Below, one piece after another: positions 1 through 7,582 of a stretch of DNA of 11,947 bases (the stretch's first letter is position 1; every line of letters starts with the position of its first letter). The stretch comes from Planctomycetota bacterium. GTDB taxonomy: Bacteria > Planctomycetota > UBA8108 > UBA1146. The notes under the pieces are model-generated. The model did no database searches and was not told where the DNA came from. It was given only the letters and a program-made list of their open reading frames with translations. The translations under genes were made by a program, and so were the position numbers. The stretch covers positions 1 to 11,947 of the forward strand of contig JAYZBV010000017.1 in the NCBI GenBank assembly GCA_036338595.1, in the 5' to 3' direction.

Positions 1-1304
1 CGGATCTGTGCAGAGATCCTCAATTCCAGTTTTTTCATCGCCAGCTGGGTTTCTTCGAAGATGGCGGTGGCTCTTCGATGAGAAGCCGCCGAATCGAGTC
101 CGAATTGCCAGCCGATGCCCACCTCGGCGGTCTCCTGGTCATCGGGATCACCCGCGTCTGCACCGAAACGACCAACACCCGTTCTCGCACTGACGATGGG
201 ATGACCCCATGCAGATGAAGCAAGACTGAGAGAGCGAGAAGCGCGAACCTCCGCCCGGGCTGCCATGAGGTCGGGTCGCTGCTGAAGTCCGCGCGCGATC
301 AACTCTTCGGCAGTGAGATCTTGCAATGGAAATCGTACAGGGCCAGGTACTGGATGGTTTCGCACATGAGGACTCTGTGACATCAGGATCGAATCGGGCA
401 CCAGAATCGATCCCGATCCGTTTTCATCTGACAGCACGAGAAATTCCACGAGCCGTACAGATGCGATCTGGGCATTTGCATGCGCAATGGCGAGATCTCG
501 CTCGGCGGCCGCTTCTTTTGCCTGAGCGCCGAGTACATCTTCACGTAAACCATTGCCTGCCTCGAGTCTGGCATTGGCGGTAGCGACGATCTGGTTACCG
601 AAGTTCACTCTTCTCTCTGCGATGGCGATCTCTCCATGGGAACGAACCAGGTCGTGATAAAGTTGTGCGCCGTGATGAAGTGCCAGTTGCTCGATAGAGG
701 AATACTGTTGCTCGCTGGAGATGAGCTCCTCGGCGGCGGCTAGTCGACGGTGCCAGTCTCCCCATGGATCCAGATCGAAACGTACTTCCAGGCCGGTGAA
801 GACGCTTCGCTTCGAAACATCGACGATGACTCCATCGGTGCCCTGGGCAGCCCCGTCGGTACGTGCGTAGTCGAATCTCGGGCCGATGGTGGGAAGGAAG
901 GCGGCATTTGCGATTTGCTGATTCGCTGCTGCTGCACGGGTGCGCTGTCGTGCCATCTGGATGGAAAGGGCATTACTCTTAGTCAATTCGAGCACCTCGG
1001 AGAGAGCAATTGTTCGAGCGCCCGGGAATGGTTCAGCAGGAGGCTCGGTGGCTTCTGCGGCATCTGGCTCGCCGGCAGATTCATCGGTGGTCTCTTCAGG
1101 TTGTTCTTGCTCAGATGGTTGCGGGATCCAGAGTGCCAGGTCATTTGAGCGGACGCTGGTCGACGAATCGGTGCTGCAAGAACTCAGCAGCAGCGCGATC
1201 AACGCGATGGTCAGCGATCGCAACAACGAGTTCTCCCGACAATTCACGAATGCAAGTTCACGGGTTGATCTGCTGAGGTAGTAAGAGGATTCGATGAGAT
1301 TCAA
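1..1304 (-). CDS. TolC/OprM-family outer membrane efflux protein (lipoprotein), 3' end beyond the left edge
   Basis: Hand translation of the minus strand gives a stop-free frame from TTG at 1304 (TTGA overlap with the adaptor stop; alternative GTG at 1247) to base 1. It contains a lipoprotein-like signal (LLRSLTIALIALLLSSC), first OEP-repeat features (IALSEVLELTKSNALSIQMAR...AAFLPTIGPRFDY, LYHDLVRS, ARLEAGNGLREDV) and the second-repeat motif GLQQRPDLMAARAEV. It lies directly downstream of RND and adaptor genes. Confidence 0.9.
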   Translation of the reverse strand, partial: MNLIESSYYLSRSTRELAFVNCRENSLLRSLTIALIALLLSSCSTDSSTSVRSNDLALWIPQPSEQEQPEETTDESAGEPDAAEATEPPAEPFPGARTIALSEVLELTKSNALSIQMARQRTRAAAANQQIANAAFLPTIGPRFDYARTDGAAQGTDGVIVDVSKRSVFTGLEVRFDLDPWGDWHRRLAAAEELISSEQQYSSIEQLALHHGAQLYHDLVRSHGEIAIAERRVNFGNQIVATANARLEAGNGLREDVLGAQAKEAAAERDLAIAHANAQIASVRLVEFLVLSDENGSGSILVPDSILMSQSPHVRNHPVPGPVRFPLQDLTAEELIARGLQQRPDLMAARAEVRASRSLSLASSAWGHPIVSARTGVGRFGADAGDPDDQETAEVGIGWQFGLDSAASHRRATAIFEETQLAMKKLELRISAQI

Positions 1305-2695
1305 GGGTTTGACCCCACAGCTTCTACACGGTCGCCATCCTGGACCAGGCCTTTTCCGATCAGGATGACCTGCTCATCGCCATTCAATCCCTCGGTGATC
1401 TCGACGGTCCCTCCATCGTCGAGGCCGATCTTGACCGGCACTGATCGACAGACTCCGTCGATGACGCAATAGACATGGTATTCGCCCTTGGAGCCGAGCA
1501 GGGCCTGTGCCGGCAAGGTCAGCGCGTCTACTCGCTCGATCAGATCAAAGTTGACGGTGGCAAACATCCCGGGGTAGATCTGCCCGTCTTCGTTGGGAAG
1601 CAGGATCTCGACCTTCATCGTGCGGGTACGTCGATCGAGATTGCGGGAAATGCGCGATACGACACCCTCGAACCTGCGATTCGGGTAGGCGCTACTGGTG
1701 ATCTCTGCCGGGTGGCCCTTGTGGATGTAAGGGACATCCGGTTCTGGAATCTGCACATAGATCTTGATGCTGCTGAGGTCCTTGAGCGTAACGATGGCAG
1801 TGGTCTTGGAAGAGGTAGATGTGACCACGGCAGCACCTGGATCCAGAAAACGATCAGTGATGACCCCTGAAAATGGTGCTCGGATAATTGCGTAGCCGAG
1901 CATCGTTCTTGCATGATCCGCTCTTGCCGTTGCGCTGGTGACCGCTGTCTCGGCGACGGAGACGAGGCTTACCTTGGCGATCATCTCCGCCTCTGCAACA
2001 GCGACCATTGCTGCTGCGGCGCCGGATTTCGTCCCGGCCGCCTTCAGAGCTTCATTGCTCACCTCGACATCTGCTGTCGCAAGAAGATGGTTTTTCTCGG
2101 CAGTCTCCAGTTGAGCATCCGTAGCCGCTTCCTGCCCATGCAAGCTTCGAACTCGATCGGTTTGTATCTTCTGAGCCTCGAGTACAGCGCTGGACTTGCG
2201 CAATTCTGCACTGGCCTGAAGGATCTCCCCTTTTGCCTGGGCGAGACCTGCAGCTGCCGCGAGGATCTTGGACGCTCCTGCATCGGCTATTGCTATCGCT
2301 GCAGAGTGATGTGCCTTTGCCTCCAGAACTTGAGCCAGGGCTACATCCACATCATCGGCCAGTTCTGGAGTGTCGAGAACTGCGACCACCTGGCCCTTCT
2401 CAACATCGTCTCCGATGTCGACGGAGATCTTGTCGAGGTATCCACTGGTTCTGGCGTAGATGAAGGCTTCCTGGATCGCGAGCATCTCTGCTGGCTTGGA
2501 AGGAAGCCGATAGACGAGGGTCTCCTTTACAGGATTGACGACCGTGACTCGCGGGATCTTGTCATTCGACTGGCCGAAAGATGGAGTTTCGCTGATACAG
2601 AACACCAGCACCAGCAACAGCAGATGAGACAGCCCTCGGGCGAGCCGTGGTTTCCCATCGTGGGTCTTGAACTGGAGCTCAGCATGGTTGGTCAT
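1301..2695 (-). CDS. RND efflux periplasmic adaptor subunit (membrane fusion protein), 464 aa
   Basis: Lipoyl-domain halves IYARTSGYLDKISVDIGDDVEKGQVVAVLDTPEL and IRAPFSGVITDRFLDPG; beta-barrel and membrane-proximal motifs LDRRTRTMKVEI, IYPGMFATV, VPVKIGLDDGGTVEITEGL; N-terminal hydrophobic segment; GGAAGGA upstream of the ATG. Confidence 0.95.
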   Translation of the reverse strand: MTNHAELQFKTHDGKPRLARGLSHLLLLVLVFCISETPSFGQSNDKIPRVTVVNPVKETLVYRLPSKPAEMLAIQEAFIYARTSGYLDKISVDIGDDVEKGQVVAVLDTPELADDVDVALAQVLEAKAHHSAAIAIADAGASKILAAAAGLAQAKGEILQASAELRKSSAVLEAQKIQTDRVRSLHGQEAATDAQLETAEKNHLLATADVEVSNEALKAAGTKSGAAAAMVAVAEAEMIAKVSLVSVAETAVTSATARADHARTMLGYAIIRAPFSGVITDRFLDPGAAVVTSTSSKTTAIVTLKDLSSIKIYVQIPEPDVPYIHKGHPAEITSSAYPNRRFEGVVSRISRNLDRRTRTMKVEILLPNEDGQIYPGMFATVNFDLIERVDALTLPAQALLGSKGEYHVYCVIDGVCRSVPVKIGLDDGGTVEITEGLNGDEQVILIGKGLVQDGDRVEAVGSNP

Positions 2696-2699
2696 GGAG

Positions 2700-5600
2700 T
2701 CATTCCTTCCCTAACTCGTCCCTGGCGAGGAGGTCGCTGATGACGCGTGTCTTCCCCGAGATGAGTTCATATAGAATCGGAACTACGAAGAGCGAGAGCG
2801 CCATCGCTCCCAGCACGCCGCCGATGATGGCACGAGCCAGCGGTGCGTTGGCACCTCCGCCAAATCCCAGCGCCATCGGAAGAAGAGCCAGTACCGCTGC
2901 CAGGGAAGTCATCAAGATGGGCCTGAGTCTTGTTCTTGCAGCGGTCTGGATGGCGCTACGAGTTTCCTCACCTTCATCACGAAGCCTGTTGGCGTAGTCG
3001 ACCATCAGGACGCTGTATGCGACCACGATGCCGGTCATCATGATGATGCCCATGAAGGACTGGATATTGAGGTTCGTGTTGGTGAGGAACAGCATCCATG
3101 CGACCCCGGTGAATCCGAGCGGAACCGAGGCGAGGATGATGAGGGGATCTCTGAAGGACCTGAAAATCGCGACCATCACCAGGTAGACCAGCATCGCGGC
3201 GACGAGAAGTCCAAACGCGAACTGCCCGAACGACTCCCTGGCCTGCTGGATTTCACCCTTGATCTGCCAGCGATATCCCTTGTCACTGTACTGGGCCATC
3301 AGGGCTTTCATCCGGGGAGAGGAATCGAGCCGTTGCTCGATATCGTTGACGACACTGCCGACATCTCTCCCGACCACATTGACATAAACATTGGTGACCC
3401 TGGTGATATTGACATGATTCACCACCGTAGGTCCTGTGGTTCGCTCAAAGGTCGCGATGTTTCTCAGCAGAATCGGTTCTTCAGAATCTCCGGTACTCGG
3501 TCTGATCGGAATGTTCTCGAGCGTGGCAAATGAATTGATCTCTCCTTCGGGGTACTGGGCACCGATGAAGTAATGATTGCGCTTCTTCTTATCGATCCAG
3601 AAGGAAGGGCTGAATGTGACGCTGGAGTTGGTGGCAGTGACGATGTTCTTGACGACCTCTTCGGGAGTGATTCCAAGATAGGCTGCCTTGACCCTGTCGA
3701 TCACGATGTGAATGGACGGATAATCCAGGCGCTGCGCAACTCGAACATCGACCGCGCCATCAATCTGCCGTATTTCATCGGAGATGGTCCGGGCGATCTC
3801 CTGGCCCACCTCGAGCTTACTACCGGTGACCTGAATATCGATCGGGGACGGCAAACCAAAGTTGAGTGCTGCTGTCAGTATGCCGCCAGTATCGAAGGCG
3901 AACTCGATACCCGGGAATCGCTCGGCGAGTCGATCTCGCAGAAGGACTGAATATTCGATCGAACTCCTCGATCGGTTTTCCTTCAGCTGAACGAGCATGA
4001 ATGCATCCATGGGGCCCGTGTTGGGAGTGTAGGCAGCGGGCCAGTCCATCAGGACCCCGAGGTTGGAGATCAGCATCTGCAGATCAGATGAGTCCATCTC
4101 GTCACGGGGGTCCCACTGTCCGATGACATCCTGGACCTCGTTCTCGACGCCCTCGATCAGGATCTCGGTGTTCTCGATGCGAGTCCCGGAGGGCGCTCGA
4201 ACGAAAATGGTGAACTGTCCCGAATCTGTCGCAGGGAACAGTTCCTGACCGATCTTGGTCGGAACGCTACTCCACGGCACACCGGGCACAAGTCCAAGTG
4301 AGATCAGGAAGAACACCATCACAGAGATTCCGACAAGCGTCCTTCGTTGCAATACCCTTTCGAGAATCGATGCATAGCTTCGACCGATCGCCTGGAAGAA
4401 GGCCGGCTCATGATCGCTGCCCCCCGATCCTGTTCCGGCGTGAGGGTTCAGGAATCGCGCACAACACAGCGGGACGACCGTCAACGCCACCAGATACGAG
4501 GCGCCCATGGCGAGGATCACGCTGATCGCCAGGGGCATGAAAAGAAACTTGGAGATTCCACTGAGCAGCACGACGGGAAAGAAAACCACCATGATGGTGA
4601 TCGTGGCGACGAAGACGGGCCCAGCAACCTCGCTGGCACCATCGAGCGCTGCTCGGATGGGTGTCTTGCCCATGCTCAGGTGTCTGGAGACATTTTCCAG
4701 CGTCACGATGGCCTGATCGACGATCAATCCAACAGCCAGCGCCAGCCCACCCAGCGTCATGCTGTTGATGGTATTCCCACTCAGATAGAGGCCGATGAAT
4801 GCCGCAAGAGCTGACAGTGGTAGGGACAACAAGATGATCAGCATCGAGCGAACACTGCCGATGAAGAGCAACACGATCAACCCGGCAAGGAATGCACCGA
4901 TCAATCCTTCATGTTCGAGAGCCGAGATGGAGTCTCGGACGAAGATCGATTGGTCCATCACGACCTCGAGAAGAACGTCATCCGCACCTTCGTACATGTC
5001 CACGACCCGCTGGCGAATCTGGGTCAACTTGGTACGGATCTCGTTGACGATCTCGATCGTATTGGCGCCCGGTTGGCGGTAGATGGGAATGTAGACCTGC
5101 CGGCGACCGTTGATACGGACCACATTTGTCTGGATCGATTGTGTGTTTTCCGCATTTGCTACATCCCGGAGAAAGACCGGCTTTCCATCGACGATCTTGA
5201 TCAACAGATCATTGAGTTCGGGGATCTGATCGACCATTGCATTGGTCGTGATCATGTAATCCAGATCACCCAGCTTCGCATTTCCGGTCGGGATGAAGAC
5301 ATTCTGATCCTGGATCGCTCGCACCACATCCATCGGAGATAACTGGCGCGCCTCCAATTTCTCTCGGTCGAGATATGCGAAGATTCGCCTCAGAACGCCA
5401 CCGTACACCGCTGGAGCGACGACTCCCCGAATCGACTGCAGCCGGTTCCGGAGTTCGTAATAAGCGACATCGTAGAGCTGTTGTTCCGACATCGTTTCCG
5501 AAGAAACGCTCACCAGGCATAGAGGAACGGATGCGGTCGGATCAAACGGCATCACCATCGGAGGGATGGTTCCAGGAGGGAGATAGAACAAGTCACTCAT

Positions 5601-5936
5601 CGCATAACTGGTGACCTGCGACATCGCACTTTCCATGCTGATGTCTTCACGGAAGAAGTCCTTGACGATGGAGACGCCCGTCATCGACTTCGCTTCCTGG
5701 TGAGAGATGCCGACAGACTGCCCGGTCCATCTTTGCATCCGGCTGCTGATGTCACCTTCGACCACTTCAGGAGGCATACCGTTGTAAAAGGTCACAACCT
5801 GCACAGCTGGAGTGTTGAAGATCGGTAACAGGTCAGAAGGAATCTTGCTCAGAAAAATGGTGCCGAGCGAGATGACAGCCAGAGCGATGACGAGCACCAG
5901 GTAGGGAAATCGGAGCGCAGATCGGACAAGCCACAT
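2700..5936 (-). CDS. RND efflux permease subunit (ACR_tran / AcrB-AcrD-AcrF superfamily), about 1078 aa
   Basis: Two-repeat RND topology; INSMTLGGLALAVGLIVDQAIVTLENV (TM4), RLRPILMTSLA (TM11), APLARAIIGG. The likely start is ATG at 5936 (MWLVRSALRFPY), with GGAG about 10 nt upstream. The ORF track extends it to 5957. Confidence 0.96.
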   Translation of the reverse strand: MWLVRSALRFPYLVLVIALAVISLGTIFLSKIPSDLLPIFNTPAVQVVTFYNGMPPEVVEGDISSRMQRWTGQSVGISHQEAKSMTGVSIVKDFFREDISMESAMSQVTSYAMSDLFYLPPGTIPPMVMPFDPTASVPLCLVSVSSETMSEQQLYDVAYYELRNRLQSIRGVVAPAVYGGVLRRIFAYLDREKLEARQLSPMDVVRAIQDQNVFIPTGNAKLGDLDYMITTNAMVDQIPELNDLLIKIVDGKPVFLRDVANAENTQSIQTNVVRINGRRQVYIPIYRQPGANTIEIVNEIRTKLTQIRQRVVDMYEGADDVLLEVVMDQSIFVRDSISALEHEGLIGAFLAGLIVLLFIGSVRSMLIILLSLPLSALAAFIGLYLSGNTINSMTLGGLALAVGLIVDQAIVTLENVSRHLSMGKTPIRAALDGASEVAGPVFVATITIMVVFFPVVLLSGISKFLFMPLAISVILAMGASYLVALTVVPLCCARFLNPHAGTGSGGSDHEPAFFQAIGRSYASILERVLQRRTLVGISVMVFFLISLGLVPGVPWSSVPTKIGQELFPATDSGQFTIFVRAPSGTRIENTEILIEGVENEVQDVIGQWDPRDEMDSSDLQMLISNLGVLMDWPAAYTPNTGPMDAFMLVQLKENRSRSSIEYSVLLRDRLAERFPGIEFAFDTGGILTAALNFGLPSPIDIQVTGSKLEVGQEIARTISDEIRQIDGAVDVRVAQRLDYPSIHIVIDRVKAAYLGITPEEVVKNIVTATNSSVTFSPSFWIDKKKRNHYFIGAQYPEGEINSFATLENIPIRPSTGDSEEPILLRNIATFERTTGPTVVNHVNITRVTNVYVNVVGRDVGSVVNDIEQRLDSSPRMKALMAQYSDKGYRWQIKGEIQQARESFGQFAFGLLVAAMLVYLVMVAIFRSFRDPLIILASVPLGFTGVAWMLFLTNTNLNIQSFMGIIMMTGIVVAYSVLMVDYANRLRDEGEETRSAIQTAARTRLRPILMTSLAAVLALLPMALGFGGGANAPLARAIIGGVLGAMALSLFVVPILYELISGKTRVISDLLARDELGKE

Positions 5937-5957
5937 TCTTGGATTTCTCCACTTCAT

Positions 5958-5978
5958 GCGGATGGAAATGACATCCGC
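5958..5978. promoter_or_regulatory. Perfect 7-bp inverted repeat (GCGGATG-N7-CATCCGC) just upstream of the RND ribosome-binding site; possible operator or leader hairpin
   Basis: Arms at 5958-5964 and 5972-5978 are exact reverse complements. The function is inferred only from position. Confidence 0.35.
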
Positions 5979-6058
5979 TGACCTGGAATAGCGAGACCTG
6001 CTACGTCACGGCAAGCAATGAGGAATGCGGTGAGGGGGTCTCAGATCTCGCAATCAGC

Positions 6059-6098
6059 AAGACAACCTCGCTTGCAGCCTCGGAGACTGCAAGTGGGG
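6059..6098 (-). terminator. Putative intrinsic terminator or attenuator hairpin downstream of the DUF1552 gene
   Basis: The minus strand reads CTTGCAGTCT-CCG-AGGCTGCAAG (6093-6071; 10 bp with one G-U pair), extendable with mismatches to 6098/6066 and followed by TTGTCTT. It lies about 70 nt after the stop at 6166. The U-tract is weak. Confidence 0.45.
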
Positions 6099-6165
6099 GC
6101 AAGTGAAATACATCGATGTCGGAATGACAACAGGCTGCAATCGGTCGAATTGACGCGGATCGGCC

Positions 6166-7521
6166 TCATGCACCGAGGCCTGGAAGGGTTCCCGTACTGT
6201 CACCGATTTGTTTGACGGGGGATCCCGCAGCTTGGGCCATCGTCAGAAACAAGTTGCACATCGGAGTGTTCTTCTCGACGGCGAGATGACGTCCAGTGTC
6301 TATCAATCCATTACCTCGTCCTGCAACCAGAACAGGGAGGTCATTGTGATTATGCCGATTACCATCTCCGATGGCAGAGCCATGAACGACGATGGTGGAA
6401 TCCAGAAGTGACCCCTCATTGTCGCTTACCTCCGAGAGCCGTTTCACGAATCTTGCGAACTCGGTAACTTGCCAGCGGTTGATGGTGCGCACTTGATCGA
6501 CCTGTAGCTCATTTCCCTTGTGGTGAGTGAGGGTGTGGTGGCCCTCGCGGACCTCCAGATGTGGGTGCGTGCGATTTGATCCCTCATTCGCCCACATGAA
6601 CGTGATCACTCGAGTTAGATCCAGACGGAAGGCAAGGATGATCAGTTCATGCATCAACTGGATGTGTTCAGAGATCCCCAGTGATCCAGATTGGCCGAAG
6701 TCTGGCAGCGCACCTTCCTGGAGTTCGAGTTTCTCCAGCTCTTCGAGTCGATCAATCCTTCGTTCTATGTCTCGTACTCCGCCGATGTACTCGTCCAATT
6801 TGTTGCGATCATTGGTTCCGAGTTGTTTCTCCAGTCGCTTCGCATCTTCCAGAATGAAGTCAACGATACTGGAGCGTTGAGAGATTCTTTTTCGCCGTGC
6901 TGCGCTGGTTTCTGCGGCAGACCCCTTCAGGAACATTCTTTCAAACACACGTCTTGGATGGGTTTCATGAGGCATCGGTTGGTCGGCCTTTGCCCAGCTG
7001 ATGTTTGACGAATAGGCACACGAATACCCGGAGTCACAGTTCCCCGACTGACGCCCTCCTTCAGTCCCCAGCTGAAGCGAAGGGATCATCGCCTGATCGC
7101 TGCTGGAAGCAGCGATGATCTGATCTGCAGAGACGCCCGCATGGATATCGTCACCTGCGGTCTTGAATGGATGCGCCCCGGTAAGAAAGCAGGCAGCAGA
7201 ACGAGCATGATCGCCGGGCCCATCTCCGAGTGCGCGAGCATTTTGGTGGGCGAGCCCGGAGAGGATCAAGACATCGTCACGAACCGACTCGAGAGGCTCC
7301 AGGATCGGGGAGGGTTGCCATTGGCGACCGGTTCCCTGAGGAGACCACTCCGATTGATGGACGCCATTGGGGATGAAAAGAAATACCGATCGAAGTGGTG
7401 CACCGGAACCCTGCAGGGTATCGGCGAGTGCCGTCAGGGGGCTCATCGCTTCGAGCCACGGTAGTGCCATCGCTGTGCCGAGACCGCGAAGAAATGTTCG
7501 GCGATGAAACTCTCTGGTCAT
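6166..7521 (-). CDS. DUF1552 (HXXSHH) family protein with a twin-arginine-like signal
   Basis: N-terminus MTREFHRRTFLRGLGTAMALPWLEAM; family motifs FIPNGV, GDHARSAACFLTG, CDSGYSCAYSSNISW, GHHTLTHH, GDGNRHNHNDLP, GDSTG. It follows a DUF1592 gene, as is usual. The likely start is ATG at 7521 with GAGG upstream; the ORF track starts at TTG 7575. Confidence 0.93.
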   Translation of the reverse strand: MTREFHRRTFLRGLGTAMALPWLEAMSPLTALADTLQGSGAPLRSVFLFIPNGVHQSEWSPQGTGRQWQPSPILEPLESVRDDVLILSGLAHQNARALGDGPGDHARSAACFLTGAHPFKTAGDDIHAGVSADQIIAASSSDQAMIPSLQLGTEGGRQSGNCDSGYSCAYSSNISWAKADQPMPHETHPRRVFERMFLKGSAAETSAARRKRISQRSSIVDFILEDAKRLEKQLGTNDRNKLDEYIGGVRDIERRIDRLEELEKLELQEGALPDFGQSGSLGISEHIQLMHELIILAFRLDLTRVITFMWANEGSNRTHPHLEVREGHHTLTHHKGNELQVDQVRTINRWQVTEFARFVKRLSEVSDNEGSLLDSTIVVHGSAIGDGNRHNHNDLPVLVAGRGNGLIDTGRHLAVEKNTPMCNLFLTMAQAAGSPVKQIGDSTGTLPGLGA

Positions 7522-7582
7522 GACGAACTCGTTCCTCTCACCTTCGATGAGACACCTCAATTGCTGTTGAGACAAGAACCGA

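Noticed and set aside
1214..1221. GCGATCGC (HIP1-like octamer)
   Set aside because: Only one perfect copy noticed; not the high density expected of cyanobacterial HIP1.
8..1281. Cluster of short ORFs in the track suggesting a non-coding or fragmented region
   Set aside because: The region is fully explained by one continuous minus-strand TolC-like frame running off the edge.
1913..2740. 275-aa plus-strand ORF
   Set aside because: Almost entirely antisense to the adaptor gene; its Cys/Leu/Gly-rich composition reflects the reverse complement of Ala-rich codons; no recognisable motif.
2700..5936. Calling the permease cusA, czcA or acrB
   Set aside because: Some Met-rich patches exist, but I cannot match the CusA Met triad contexts, and the TM4/TM10 motifs differ from all three. 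No gene symbol is justified.
6162..6180. GGCCTC-N7-GAGGCC inverted repeat over the DUF1552 stop codon
   Set aside because: Only 6 bp, mostly within coding sequence, and no U-tract; compatible with chance.
6018..6215. 65-aa plus-strand ORF in the spacer
   Set aside because: No convincing ribosome-binding site or motif; overlaps the DUF1552 3' end in antisense. It cannot be fully excluded without ribosome profiling.
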